This document shows, one piece after another, positions 26,033 to 34,838 of a stretch of DNA of 37,806 nt. The notes under the pieces were generated by a model. It was not told the origin of the DNA, made no database searches, and saw only the letters and a list, made by a program, of their open reading frames with translations. The stretch spans positions 1 to 37,806 of the IMG/VR virus record IMGVR_UViG_3300037484_000721. The stretch is one strand, 5' to 3'. Position 1 is the stretch's first letter. Each line of letters starts with the position of its first letter. The position numbers and the translations under genes were made by a program. This DNA is from a virus. Taxonomy: Duplodnaviria; Caudoviricetes.

Positions 26033-26431
26033 ATGGCCGGTTATCAGGAAGTCACACTCAAAGCGAAGTTCTCCGACAGCTCGTCACTCCTGCCGGCTGT
26101 CGCCGAGTTCAACCCCGATGCATACAACCCCGGCGCCGGGACGTATCGCGTTATGGTGCTCGAGATCCGGGCCGACTCGGCCGGGACAACGATTGGCCTC
26201 GGGGCGTTCACGACGGTCACCCAGATCTTAATCAAAAACAAAGACGCTACGAATTATACAACCGCAACGTTTCGCACGACAGGTGGCGGTGCAAATGACC
26301 AGGTGTTGAATATTCCGGTCGGCAGCTTCGTCGCCACGGGTTCGCTCATCACCGTAGCAAGTGACCTCGTGTTGACGGGCAACGGGGCGGACACAAACTG
26401 TCTCGTGTGCATCATTGGGACCATGACCTAA
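26033..26431 (+). CDS. Putative virion structural protein
   Basis: AGGAGG RBS; Thr/Gly-rich all-beta composition. Confidence 0.65.
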   Translation: MAGYQEVTLKAKFSDSSSLLPAVAEFNPDAYNPGAGTYRVMVLEIRADSAGTTIGLGAFTTVTQILIKNKDATNYTTATFRTTGGGANDQVLNIPVGSFVATGSLITVASDLVLTGNGADTNCLVCIIGTMT

Positions 26432-26694
26432 TGGCCGCCTTTAGGTAGTCCCTTGTTATACTCGACAGCGTCAACCAACTCGGCTGTCATGGGAGACGAT
26501 AAACCTGGCTCATGCAGCACAGTTATACCGTCCATGACATCACCCAACTTGAGTCCAAGCATGCACCCAGCGCTGGAAGCGAGTTGGACATGCACCCAGT
26601 CCTCGCAGCTATGATACTCACGGACCCTGATAATTAGGCGCTGCATCCGCTCCACCTTCTCTCCGGCGGGAAGTACAGCCAAACGGCGATCCAT
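26428..26694 (-). CDS. Hypothetical protein
   Basis: AGGAG RBS; stop overlaps that of 26033-26431 convergently. Confidence 0.55.
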   Translation of the reverse strand: MDRRLAVLPAGEKVERMQRLIIRVREYHSCEDWVHVQLASSAGCMLGLKLGDVMDGITVLHEPGLSSPMTAELVDAVEYNKGLPKGGH

Positions 26695-26736
26695 CTCAGT
26701 AACTCCTTTGTGGCTTCGGCGCGGGTGGTCACGGGC

Positions 26737-27195
26737 CTATCTGCCGTATTTCGCCAGCGCATCAAACGGGATGGCGTCGGGTGGGTTGTAACCACGCACA
26801 AGGGCGTGGTCGTAAGCCATCTGGAACATCATGTCGACCGAGTCAACCAAGCTCATATTCGCCCCATCGGCAAACGAGCGCAGGAATTTGGCAGCCCAGT
26901 CAGAGACGCGGACCTGGTGCGTTACCGCACGGCCGGACTGCGGGCGCCCTGCTCCGCGACGTTTTCCACCACGCGCCGCCTTCGCTGCAAGCGCAGTGGT
27001 AATTACCGCCTCATGATCCGGGCTCTCACCGTCCACGCTAAGCCCATTGTGCAACAAGGCTGAGTGTACCGCACGGCGGCGCACGGGCGTTACATCGCGC
27101 AGCAGGTGCCGATATTCATAGGCCCAGAAATACGCGTGCCCCTGATATGCCGCCGTTCCGATTTTCGTCTCGTCCTTGTCCATCTTGCTGGCCAT
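26737..27195 (-). CDS. Putative DNA-binding protein with C-terminal ribbon-helix-helix-like segment (moron)
   Basis: GGKRRGAGRP followed by THQVRVSDWAAKFLRSFA...SLVDSVD; own promoter and GGAGG RBS. Confidence 0.6.
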   Translation of the reverse strand: MASKMDKDETKIGTAAYQGHAYFWAYEYRHLLRDVTPVRRRAVHSALLHNGLSVDGESPDHEAVITTALAAKAARGGKRRGAGRPQSGRAVTHQVRVSDWAAKFLRSFADGANMSLVDSVDMMFQMAYDHALVRGYNPPDAIPFDALAKYGR

Positions 27196-27217
27196 GACTG
27201 CCTCCGTTGATAAAGAC

Positions 27218-27246
27218 AGTATCGGCCATCAATGAATACTTGTCAA
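27218..27246 (-). promoter_or_regulatory. Sigma70-type promoter for 26737-27195
   Basis: Minus strand TTGACA-17 nt-GATACT in an AT-rich patch. Confidence 0.7.
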
Positions 27247-27327
27247 TACTATTTCAATAGACCATGTCGCTTTTATTGGCGCACCGCGTCAGTATCTTCG
27301 ATGCGCGGCTTCGGCGGGGGTCACCCA

Positions 27328-27633
27328 TCAGTGCTCCGTTGCCGCCTCGCCCCCAGCAGTAATAACCTGCTCAACCTCACGCATCCGCACGCGTCCCGCA
27401 CTGGCTACAAGCTTACGCCACATAGCTGTATTGGCAACAGCCGTCTGGCGCCCGTGTTCGTCATGGAAATACACCAAGCCGTCCTCTTCGGTGGCCGTCC
27501 AGCCGATGGCGCCGTCCTCTTCTGGCTGTGCCGTTCGGCGCGCGAGAGTCGCAATGGCGGCATCTACGCTCTGCGTCTCGACGGCCCGGGCCCTGGCGGC
27601 TGGGTCGATTCTGCGTCGTAGGCTGCGAGTCAT
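27328..27633 (-). CDS. Hypothetical protein
   Basis: ATGA coupling at 27633. Confidence 0.55.
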   Translation of the reverse strand: MTRSLRRRIDPAARARAVETQSVDAAIATLARRTAQPEEDGAIGWTATEEDGLVYFHDEHGRQTAVANTAMWRKLVASAGRVRMREVEQVITAGGEAATEH

Positions 27634-27920
27634 TTCAGCTCCTCGGTGGTCGTCGTGTAAGTCAGATGATTGTCGCGCCACTCTGCCTTGGTTCGCACCA
27701 GGAACGCGCGCCCGTCGTTGAGTTCTATGACGTTATCGCACGGGCGCGTCTGGAAGCTGACGATCCTGGGTGTCCATAGCGTGTGATCGGCAATCACTTT
27801 CTCGAGTGCCTGATTGTGCTGAGCCCTGGCGATCGCCGTAAGCCCGGCTACTCTCCCCGCCAGTTCATGCCCGACGGCACGCGGGTCGTAACTGGTGCCC
27901 TGCCTTCCGTAGTCGCTCAC
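27630..27920 (-). CDS. Hypothetical protein
   Basis: GTGA coupling to the terL stop; GGAGG RBS. Confidence 0.55.
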   Translation of the reverse strand: MSDYGRQGTSYDPRAVGHELAGRVAGLTAIARAQHNQALEKVIADHTLWTPRIVSFQTRPCDNVIELNDGRAFLVRTKAEWRDNHLTYTTTTEELK

Positions 27921-29170
27921 ACGCTCCTCCAATCATCTTCGTCGATCTTCGTTCGATAATCGCCGCGCTTCGTTGCTTTGACCGGCGTGCGTGGCCGTGG
28001 CTTGCCCGCCGTAATTATAGTCTCAAGCGCATATCTGGCCGCGTCCCATATGTGGTTATGCTTGTCTATCAGCACAGGCAGGATGTCGCCGGACAGCTTA
28101 TCCACCTTGTACGACCATAACCTGGCCTCCTCGGCGGCGTGTTCGCATCGCGGGTGGATCACAATCTTCTCATAGCTGCGCAGATGTTCAACACCGTCCT
28201 CGACGCTACCCTGCCACTTGTACGCGCCTAGGATCCGCGTGTAACCATGCCGCCGCATATGGGAAATGGTCTCGGGGCGAGAGCTGTCGGCACGTATCAT
28301 GTGCTTGCGCGCCTCTGGCACCCTGTCGAACAACGCCGGTGTATCGTCCAAGTCGACCCCAATACCATAAGCCTCATGCTCGATGTACAACGTACGCCCG
28401 TTGACCCATAGACGCACAAGCGTTGTTGGATCGACCGAGAAACCCCAGTCGGCGCCGTAGTATGGTCCGTTCCAATCCTTGCCGGGTTCGAACGACTCGA
28501 CCGCATGGCGCCCGCGAAGGACTTGTGCCTCACTCACCTGTCGAGGATCTCCACCCCAAACATGCGCTGCGGCATCGGGGTCGATGGAGTACAGATAATC
28601 TTTCTCGCGCCTGAGCTCGTCCGATAGCCAGATGTTATCTTGCCACCCAACCTTTAGTGACCAACAATCGGGCGGCGGGTTGGCAACAAAGCGCTGGTAG
28701 GTGGGGTCTTTCGCGTCGTTGGTATTCCACGTAAGCCAGATCTCGCTACCCGCCTTACGTATCGTCGGGATAAGTACCTGCCAACTGTCCTCCGAGACGC
28801 CTTGCGCCTCCTCTACCCAGCAAACATCAATCCCCTCCATCGACTTGATCTTGGTGACGTTGTGCTTGATGCCCTCGAATAGAAACGCGCTACCATTGGC
28901 GTGACGGATCTCGTTTTGCGTCACCGTAAATGGCAGCCCCGTGTGAGCAATGCGGTCCGACAAGAGCCTATGCACCGAGTCCCGGATGCTGTTTTGAAGC
29001 TCACGGGCGCACAGAACACGCAGCGGCCTTCGCGCAGCCTCGACGAGCAGCACCACGGCGACGGTCCATGACTTCGCCGCACCGCGCCCGCCCCAAAGTG
29101 ACTTGTAGCGCTTGGGCTTAAAGAGCGCTCCCGCCCACCGTGGCAGATCTACGGCCGGGTCGTCACTCAT
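27917..29170 (-). CDS. terL: Terminase large subunit (PBSX/Terminase_3 type)
   Basis: GGRGAAKS Walker A, CWVEEA Walker B, GADWGFSVDP nuclease motif, NHIWDAARY. Confidence 0.95.
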   Translation of the reverse strand: MSDDPAVDLPRWAGALFKPKRYKSLWGGRGAAKSWTVAVVLLVEAARRPLRVLCARELQNSIRDSVHRLLSDRIAHTGLPFTVTQNEIRHANGSAFLFEGIKHNVTKIKSMEGIDVCWVEEAQGVSEDSWQVLIPTIRKAGSEIWLTWNTNDAKDPTYQRFVANPPPDCWSLKVGWQDNIWLSDELRREKDYLYSIDPDAAAHVWGGDPRQVSEAQVLRGRHAVESFEPGKDWNGPYYGADWGFSVDPTTLVRLWVNGRTLYIEHEAYGIGVDLDDTPALFDRVPEARKHMIRADSSRPETISHMRRHGYTRILGAYKWQGSVEDGVEHLRSYEKIVIHPRCEHAAEEARLWSYKVDKLSGDILPVLIDKHNHIWDAARYALETIITAGKPRPRTPVKATKRGDYRTKIDEDDWRSV

Positions 29171-29552
29171 CCTCGTCGGCGCCAATGAAGCGGACTACGA
29201 GACCGGGGGGTTTGCCGTCCGCCCCGCTTATCTCTGAGCGTTGTTTAGGTGGGCCAAGCGCCGGCTCCATACGCTCAAGCAGCCAGCGGGCGCTTTGGGC
29301 ATCATTGGCATCGAGTGCCGCGTTGATGGCTCTCCTTGCCTTCGCTGTAGCGCCAGAAAGCCACTTGGCACATGCCTCGGCCGTCGCAGCAGGCCACCAG
29401 GCCTCGCTCTCCCAGTCTCGGATGGTTCTCTCTCCCACACCAGCCGCTTCGGCCGCCTCTACCTGAGTGTGGCCAAGTGTCCGTAAGTACGCAACAGATA
29501 TGACCTTTTCCCAGTCCTGGGGTTTGCGCGTCTTATCGTCGGGATCGGCCAT
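29163..29552 (-). CDS. terS: Terminase small subunit
   Basis: N-terminal HTH (TQVEAAEAAGVGERTIRDW), ARWLLER...EISGADGKP; directly upstream of terL. Confidence 0.8.
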   Translation of the reverse strand: MADPDDKTRKPQDWEKVISVAYLRTLGHTQVEAAEAAGVGERTIRDWESEAWWPAATAEACAKWLSGATAKARRAINAALDANDAQSARWLLERMEPALGPPKQRSEISGADGKPPGLVVRFIGADEDE

Positions 29553-29595
29553 ATATCAAGCCCTCGGAATCGCCCAGTAGCCGCGTAGATTCATT

Positions 29596-29796
29596 TTACA
29601 CACTCGCCTTCGTTTTCGCTACCAAAGTCAGCCCTGGGCCAACGTCGTGCGAACGGCGCATGGCTTTACGCGACTCGACAAGCCCCAATGGGTCCATGTA
29701 ATGAATTTCTCCGCCGCGCCTGACGACAGCCAATACATCGTATCTGCTGCGGCGGTGCGTGACGCCTTTGCGGTTGGTGACGAAGGGGTGGGTCAT
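29596..29796 (-). CDS. Hypothetical protein (MTHPFVTN...)
   Basis: ATGA coupling at 29796. Confidence 0.5.
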   Translation of the reverse strand: MTHPFVTNRKGVTHRRSRYDVLAVVRRGGEIHYMDPLGLVESRKAMRRSHDVGPGLTLVAKTKASV

Positions 29797-29930
29797 GATG
29801 CCGGCCCGGTAATCAGGCGCAAGCCGGCAAGTATAACGAGCTCCAGGACAACGGTGAGCGCGGAGCCGATACACACCCCGATTTTGAACTCATCGCGCTT
29901 TTCGCGGCATGGTTGGCAAGGGCAGCTCAT
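29793..29930 (-). CDS. Small membrane protein (45 aa)
   Basis: ATGA coupling; CPCQPC then a TM segment. Confidence 0.5.
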   Translation of the reverse strand: MSCPCQPCREKRDEFKIGVCIGSALTVVLELVILAGLRLITGPAS

Positions 29931-30415
29931 TGGCCGAACCCCAGTGACCGTAGGAAGCCTATGGCGTCCGTTGCACCGAAGGCGCAGTAACTTACCCATC
30001 CCTGCTCTGAAAACGTCAGCAACCAGGCTTTCTGGCTGTCTGTGGGGCCTGTGGCGCCCAGGCGCTTCATCTCGAGGGCCACGCCTTTCGCTGTCGGATG
30101 CTTCGGTGGGGCGTTGAGGATGAGTAGGTCCGGCACGCCAGCCTTGAGCCCGATGTAGCGCAGGTAGTTGCCCTCGATGGCTGTACGCTTGCCGCCGTTC
30201 GGCACTGCGAAGTAGGCGAGGCGGCAGGTGGTGAGGAACTCACAGACTTGCTTCTGCTCTTGGTACTCGGTTGGGGTGTCGGTGGGCTTGCGGGGCTTGC
30301 GGACTATGCGTGGGTCTCTTATCTCGCCACGGACGATTTTGCGGCGTTGGTTCTCGATGCCAATCAAGACTGACTGGCGGGTGCGCTCGAGGTAGGCGGC
30401 TTTGTCGAAGGTCAT
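29927..30415 (-). CDS. VRR-NUC domain nuclease (Holliday-junction resolvase-like)
   Basis: EYQEQ...FAVPNGGKR...GLKAGVPDL...LEMK...SQKAW. Confidence 0.85.
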   Translation of the reverse strand: MTFDKAAYLERTRQSVLIGIENQRRKIVRGEIRDPRIVRKPRKPTDTPTEYQEQKQVCEFLTTCRLAYFAVPNGGKRTAIEGNYLRYIGLKAGVPDLLILNAPPKHPTAKGVALEMKRLGATGPTDSQKAWLLTFSEQGWVSYCAFGATDAIGFLRSLGFGQ

Positions 30416-30427
30416 GTGACCAACGAG

Positions 30428-30671
30428 CGTGAAGGTAATATACGGTGAATGAAGCTTTTGCGTTCATTCACAGACAAATTACTTAATCTTTTCCTTACAC
30501 TATACCCTCTTGTGAATGAGTGAATGAAAGTATTATGTATATGTGTATGCGCGCGCGCGCATAAGGGTTTTAGGGCTATTTTTTCGTTCACTCGCTCACA
30601 GAGGTATCCCTTGTGCGTTATAAGCGTGAATAAAGCCTTTTTCGTTCGTTCACATTCGTTCACACGTTCAC
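30428..30671. other. Putative replication origin with GTGAA/TTCAC iterons
   Basis: AT-rich region just downstream of the helicase; repeated GTGAA(T/C)GAA in both orientations around TAT(GC)6ATA. Confidence 0.7.
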
Positions 30672-32098
30672 GCATTGACCGACGCCCCCTTCCCAACACC
30701 CCATGCGCCGTTCATCATGACGGTGAGCTTGAAGTGTAGACCTTCGCGGTCGGTCTTTTCCTCGACGCCGAGCATGCGTAACCGCTTGGCGAGCTTCCGG
30801 TTGCCGACCAGCTGTCGGCCTGTGAGCTCACACCACTCGCGAAATTTCTTGAAGATCTCCGCGTGCTGCGTCTCGCCGCCATCGAGCAGACAGCACTCGT
30901 TGAGAAACGCCGCCACCTGGTCGGCGTCGTAGCGCCATTCCTCAACGGCCATGCGGTGGCTGAGGGGTATCGTGTAGCCGCCCTGCCGCAAGAGCCGCAT
31001 GGCCCCGTACAGCGCCCATACGGCGATGCCCGGCAGCTCTTTCCTGAGCGCCTCCTTGACATCTTCCTTGGTGCGTGACTTGCCGTGCTCGTCTGGGTCT
31101 TTTTTGAAGTCCCGCTTAAACTGCAGCACAAGGATACGCCGCCAAAAGCCCTTGGTGTTGTCACGGTTGCCAGGCAGGTCGTTGCACAAGAAGATGTGCC
31201 CAGCCCGCGGGAACAACGTGTAGGGGTTCTCGTAGAGGTTGCGCGCCGTCACCGCACCACCGTCGATGACTGCCTTGAACGCGTCGCTTGCCTGGATATC
31301 GTTCGCCGACATCTCGTTGCACACGTTCAGGATGGCGTCGCGCAGCACGCTTAAGAACTCGGGCTTGGCCCACGATTGTGGCGACGTGTAGGAGACCGCT
31401 GCGGCCGGAAACAGTTGCTCGACGATGGTCTCGACGACCACGGACTTGCCGTTCTCACCGCCGCCTTCGAGGATGAGGCACCGCGTGTAGCGGTGGGCGA
31501 TACCGAGAAGGCAGGCGCCAGCGAATTCCTGGAGTAGCTTGGCGTCGTCTTCGGGGCTTGGGCTTGGCTTGAACACGCGCTTGACGACAGCGGCCCACTC
31601 CGGGCATTCGGCCTCGAGATTGAAGTCAAACGGCAAGCAGTGGGTCGCCCGGTTGTCGGGACTCCGGGGTAGGAGTTCGACGCTCTCGGGCGACACCACT
31701 GCGAAGCCGTTCTTAAACGCTATACCGGCCTTGTGGGATTTGAAGAATTCTTGGTCGCGATGGTCGATGTCGAGGATGGCTGCTTGGTGGATCTTCTTGC
31801 ACTTGAGCGGCTCGAGCTCGAGCACGGCCCCTTCGCGTGCACCCACCAGCGGCCGGCAGTCGTAGCACTGGATCAGCGACTGCGCGTCCTCCTGCTGTAA
31901 CTCGTCCCACACCCCAACGTTGTCGTTATAGAGATAGATGGTGCCGCGCGTCGCAACCGGCTTCGAGTGGTTGCCGGTCATTTTGCCGTACAGCGAGAGG
32001 TGTTTAAGAAACGTGCGACCGAGGGCCGATAGACTCTTCTCGTCTTTACTGATTTCGCTCGTGCGAATCACGTCGGCGATAGCCTGGAGGTCAGTCAC
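30668..32098 (-). CDS. D5-like / P4-family SF3 helicase (no primase domain recognised)
   Basis: D5_N-like FKNG...CPEW; Walker A GGGENGKS; LNVCNE; FLCNDLP...GFWRRI; GTG start at 32098. Confidence 0.88.
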   Translation of the reverse strand: MTDLQAIADVIRTSEISKDEKSLSALGRTFLKHLSLYGKMTGNHSKPVATRGTIYLYNDNVGVWDELQQEDAQSLIQCYDCRPLVGAREGAVLELEPLKCKKIHQAAILDIDHRDQEFFKSHKAGIAFKNGFAVVSPESVELLPRSPDNRATHCLPFDFNLEAECPEWAAVVKRVFKPSPSPEDDAKLLQEFAGACLLGIAHRYTRCLILEGGGENGKSVVVETIVEQLFPAAAVSYTSPQSWAKPEFLSVLRDAILNVCNEMSANDIQASDAFKAVIDGGAVTARNLYENPYTLFPRAGHIFLCNDLPGNRDNTKGFWRRILVLQFKRDFKKDPDEHGKSRTKEDVKEALRKELPGIAVWALYGAMRLLRQGGYTIPLSHRMAVEEWRYDADQVAAFLNECCLLDGGETQHAEIFKKFREWCELTGRQLVGNRKLAKRLRMLGVEEKTDREGLHFKLTVMMNGAWGVGKGASVNA

Positions 32099-32483
32099 AG
32101 CCCACCCCCAAGGTCGCGTCGAGAAGTTCGTCGGCAAAGAACTCGTCCTGGTCGAGCGCCCGCAACTCGTGCATGGGCAGCGCCGAGTAGAACGCACCTT
32201 GTGTCTTAAACGCCTCACGCGCCTGCCGTAGCATTTCGAGTTTACGGGCCGGCGAGATGGCCGAGGGGCGCTCGATCTTGCCCGTGCGCTGGGTGCGTTG
32301 CTTTGCCGCACGCGCTACTTGGGCTTGCTCAATCTTCGAGTCGATGGCGTCGGCAACTATTTTCCAATCCTCTGCCGAGAGGTTCGCGGCGTCGTCTTCT
32401 GTGAGCAAGTCGGGCCGCAGCGCAGCCTTGCGTAGCGCTGCTGCGTTTTCGCGGGCCCTCTCTTTGTATGCACCTGCCAACAC
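32091..32483 (-). CDS. Hypothetical helical protein upstream of the helicase
   Basis: GGAGG RBS; overlaps the helicase start. Confidence 0.6.
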   Translation of the reverse strand: MLAGAYKERARENAAALRKAALRPDLLTEDDAANLSAEDWKIVADAIDSKIEQAQVARAAKQRTQRTGKIERPSAISPARKLEMLRQAREAFKTQGAFYSALPMHELRALDQDEFFADELLDATLGVGCD

Positions 32484-32492
32484 AGCCTCCGC

Positions 32493-32708
32493 CTAGAGCT
32501 TTCTTGCCGATTCAACCGTCGCCCCCAGCACCCGCTTGGCCTGTATGAGCCGCCCCACGTAGTCCGCATCCAGCTTGTCGCCGCCCGTGGCGGCGTAGAG
32601 CTGGCGTAGCTCGGCGTAGGTGAAGACGGCTTCGCCGGGTATTGGGGTGGGCTGTGGGGCGACGTAGTAGTCGCCGTGGGTGGGGTGGGTGATACGGGTG
32701 ATGGTCAT
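32493..32708 (-). CDS. Hypothetical protein (71 aa)
   Basis: ATGA coupling to the MTase. Confidence 0.6.
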   Translation of the reverse strand: MTITRITHPTHGDYYVAPQPTPIPGEAVFTYAELRQLYAATGGDKLDADYVGRLIQAKRVLGATVESARKL

Positions 32709-33403
32709 TGGGCCACCGCGAATAGGTCCGGCGTGTGGCCGGCCTCGAGCCGGCGCCGGGCTTTGGCGTAAGTGACCGGGTCCATCTCGGCGCCGATACT
32801 GCGGCGGCCTTCGATGCTGGCGGCGAGGAACGTTGAGCCAGATCCGGCGTGAGGGTCACACACAATGTCGCCGTCGAGCGTGTAGTCCCTGATCAGGGCA
32901 CGCATGCCGTCCACGGGCTTTCCTCCGGGATGCACGATGGTCCATGGCCCCACGTCAACCGAATAGGCGCCGCGTCTAGAGCCCATTCGGGCGGATGGCA
33001 TCCGGTGGCGTGGTCTTGCGATTGTTATGTAGTCAACAGCCGATGTCGGGCCGTCGCCGGAAACGCGCGGCGTGGCGTTGGCTCGCAGCCACACAACCGG
33101 TGAAAACACATACCAGCCCTGGCTTTCCCACGCGGCCTCCCACCATCGAGACCCGAGGTGATCGGAGAAAACCACCGCCCACCATCGAACGCGGGGCGCC
33201 CAGTGCGCGGCAAACTCGTGGGCAAGCTGCTCGGACAGGGGCTCGTAGTGGATTGTGGCCTTGGCCGTCTCTGTCCCGGTGCGCTGCCCTTCATGGACGC
33301 GCGGAGAATACGGCGGATCCGTAATCACCGCATCCACCATCCCGACATCCGCAAGCGCATCCTGCCAGCGGCCGAGGCGCAAATCCCACAGGGGCGCGTT
33401 CAT
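32705..33403 (-). CDS. DNA amino-methyltransferase (N6-adenine/N4-cytosine, beta class)
   Basis: VITDPPY, HPGGKP, VCDPHAGSGST; ATG 33403 preferred because of ATGA coupling to a 23-aa upstream ORF (33400-33471). Confidence 0.9.
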   Translation of the reverse strand: MNAPLWDLRLGRWQDALADVGMVDAVITDPPYSPRVHEGQRTGTETAKATIHYEPLSEQLAHEFAAHWAPRVRWWAVVFSDHLGSRWWEAAWESQGWYVFSPVVWLRANATPRVSGDGPTSAVDYITIARPRHRMPSARMGSRRGAYSVDVGPWTIVHPGGKPVDGMRALIRDYTLDGDIVCDPHAGSGSTFLAASIEGRRSIGAEMDPVTYAKARRRLEAGHTPDLFAVAQ

Positions 33404-33631
33404 CGTGTCACCGCCCACAGCACCAAACAGCCGAGTACGGTTAGGCAGAGGGCGAAGAGGTGGGCGATCATAGTTCGCCACCCCGCTGGCCGTTTCCGCG
33501 CCCCCGACTTCGCGCGGGGCCGACCACTAACCAGGGCTTCGATGGTCGTTTAACGGATTGCTGGCTCTCCCAGCGCTTTGACCGGGCGAGGTTTCTAGCC
33601 TCGTGACCGTTTTCACGGGGTGGCGAGTGGC

Positions 33632-33859
33632 TCACTGCGCAGCACCTGGGCGGGAGGGGGCGGCGTACAGGTCGGCCACCGTGCACTTGAGCACCCTTGC
33701 GTAAGCCGCCAAGGACTCATATCGAGCAGCCTTGCGCCTGCCAGACTCAATCATCCCTACCGATGAGCACTTGGCGAGGGCGGCTAGCCTTTTTTGGGTC
33801 AAACCACGGGCTTTTCTGTACGCCCTGAGGTTGATGGCTATGGCCGGCAGCTTGCGCAT
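33632..33859 (-). CDS. Cro-like XRE HTH regulator
   Basis: NLRAYRKARGLTQKRLA...IESGRR...LKCTVADL; divergent from the cI-like gene. Confidence 0.85.
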   Translation of the reverse strand: MRKLPAIAINLRAYRKARGLTQKRLAALAKCSSVGMIESGRRKAARYESLAAYARVLKCTVADLYAAPSRPGAAQ

Positions 33860-33865
33860 GCGTGT

Positions 33866-33894
33866 AAAATAACGCACCGTTATAAATCAGTCAA
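33866..33894 (-). promoter_or_regulatory. Leftward lytic promoter with overlapping operator TAACGCACCGTTA (33870-33882)
   Basis: Minus strand TTGACT-17 nt-TATTTT, 6 nt before the ATG at 33859. Confidence 0.75.
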
Positions 33895-33902
33895 TCATTT
33901 TT

Positions 33903-33933
33903 TAACGGGCCGTGTAAGGTTAACGTGGCGTTA
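33903..33933. promoter_or_regulatory. Additional operators TAACGGGCCGTGT (33903-33915) and TAACGTGGCGTTA (33921-33933)
   Basis: Match the palindrome TAACGnnnCGTTA (first one imperfect). Confidence 0.7.
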
Positions 33934-33951
33934 GATAGCTATTCTCACGGC

Positions 33952-34350
33952 ATGGGAGAGAAGAAGGCGCACCCCGTGGCCGTCATTGTGGGCAACAACA
34001 CTCGGCGCATGCGCGAATCCCGGGGATGGACCCAGGAGCAGCTAGCCGAGTTTTCTGATTATTCGAACATCGGGATGATCGAAGTACCACCCCCAGGGCG
34101 CGTTCCCAGGGGTGACACTGTCCTAAAGATAGCCAACGCCCTCGGCGCCCCGCTCCACGAGATGTACCGCGACGGTGACGAACCCATGCCCGCCGCACTT
34201 GCGGATTTCCTCAGGCTGCAGGGGGAGGCGCACAAGGTGCAGCCGCACGAGATCGCGGCGCTCAGGCGCGTCACCCTGCCATCAAACCCCACTATCGCCA
34301 GTTGGATACTTGTCTTGCAGGCGATGCGCCTATCTGAGGGCGATAAATAA
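33952..34350 (+). CDS. CI-like XRE HTH repressor
   Basis: RRMRESRGWTQEQLA...TVLKIANALGAPLHEM; no S24 peptidase domain recognised. Confidence 0.82.
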   Translation: MGEKKAHPVAVIVGNNTRRMRESRGWTQEQLAEFSDYSNIGMIEVPPPGRVPRGDTVLKIANALGAPLHEMYRDGDEPMPAALADFLRLQGEAHKVQPHEIAALRRVTLPSNPTIASWILVLQAMRLSEGDK

Positions 34351-34370
34351 CCACAAAAAAGGGGGGGCGA

Positions 34371-34838
34371 ATGCGTTTCTTGGCAATGGTTCTTGTTGGT
34401 GTCGTTGGGTGCGGGACGGAGAACGAACCAGGGGCAGACGGAAAGGACGGCGTAGATGGAAAGGACGGCGTAGACGGGACCGATAACCGCATAGTGGCGT
34501 CGATTGGGTGTACTGGCGTACTCGAGGATACGACGCTCTCGTTTTTCTACCACGTTGCGGTCACCGCAGCCGGGGACGTGTTCGCGGACGGCACCATAAG
34601 TGACGCGATCTGGGGCACTGGCGGTGTGGCCTATTACGCTGCTGGCCAGAACGGGGCGGCCGCGGCCCTTGTAACCATCACACGAGACGAGCTCGGCACC
34701 GCCACCGGCGGGTGGTGGGCTCTCACGCTCAACCGTACGACACTCGTGACCACAATCGTTTACCACGACGCCGAGGCGGCAGGTGGATCCCTTGCCTGGA
34801 CCATGAACCCCAGCCAGTGCGTCGCTTACACCTTCTAG
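34371..34838 (+). CDS. Lipoprotein with short collagen-like linker (candidate superinfection exclusion)
   Basis: MRFLAMVLVGVVG-C lipobox-like signal; GADGKDGVDGKDGVDG; directly downstream of the repressor. Confidence 0.7.
   Translation: MRFLAMVLVGVVGCGTENEPGADGKDGVDGKDGVDGTDNRIVASIGCTGVLEDTTLSFFYHVAVTAAGDVFADGTISDAIWGTGGVAYYAAGQNGAAAALVTITRDELGTATGGWWALTLNRTTLVTTIVYHDAEAAGGSLAWTMNPSQCVAYTF

Noticed and set aside
20700-26440. Recombinase-driven invertible segment
   Set aside because: No inverted repeats seen at the block ends and no invertase gene.
30412-30739. ORFs 30412-30699(-) and 30524-30739(+)
   Set aside because: They translate the iteron and palindrome region; more plausibly non-coding origin DNA, though a short peptide is not excluded.
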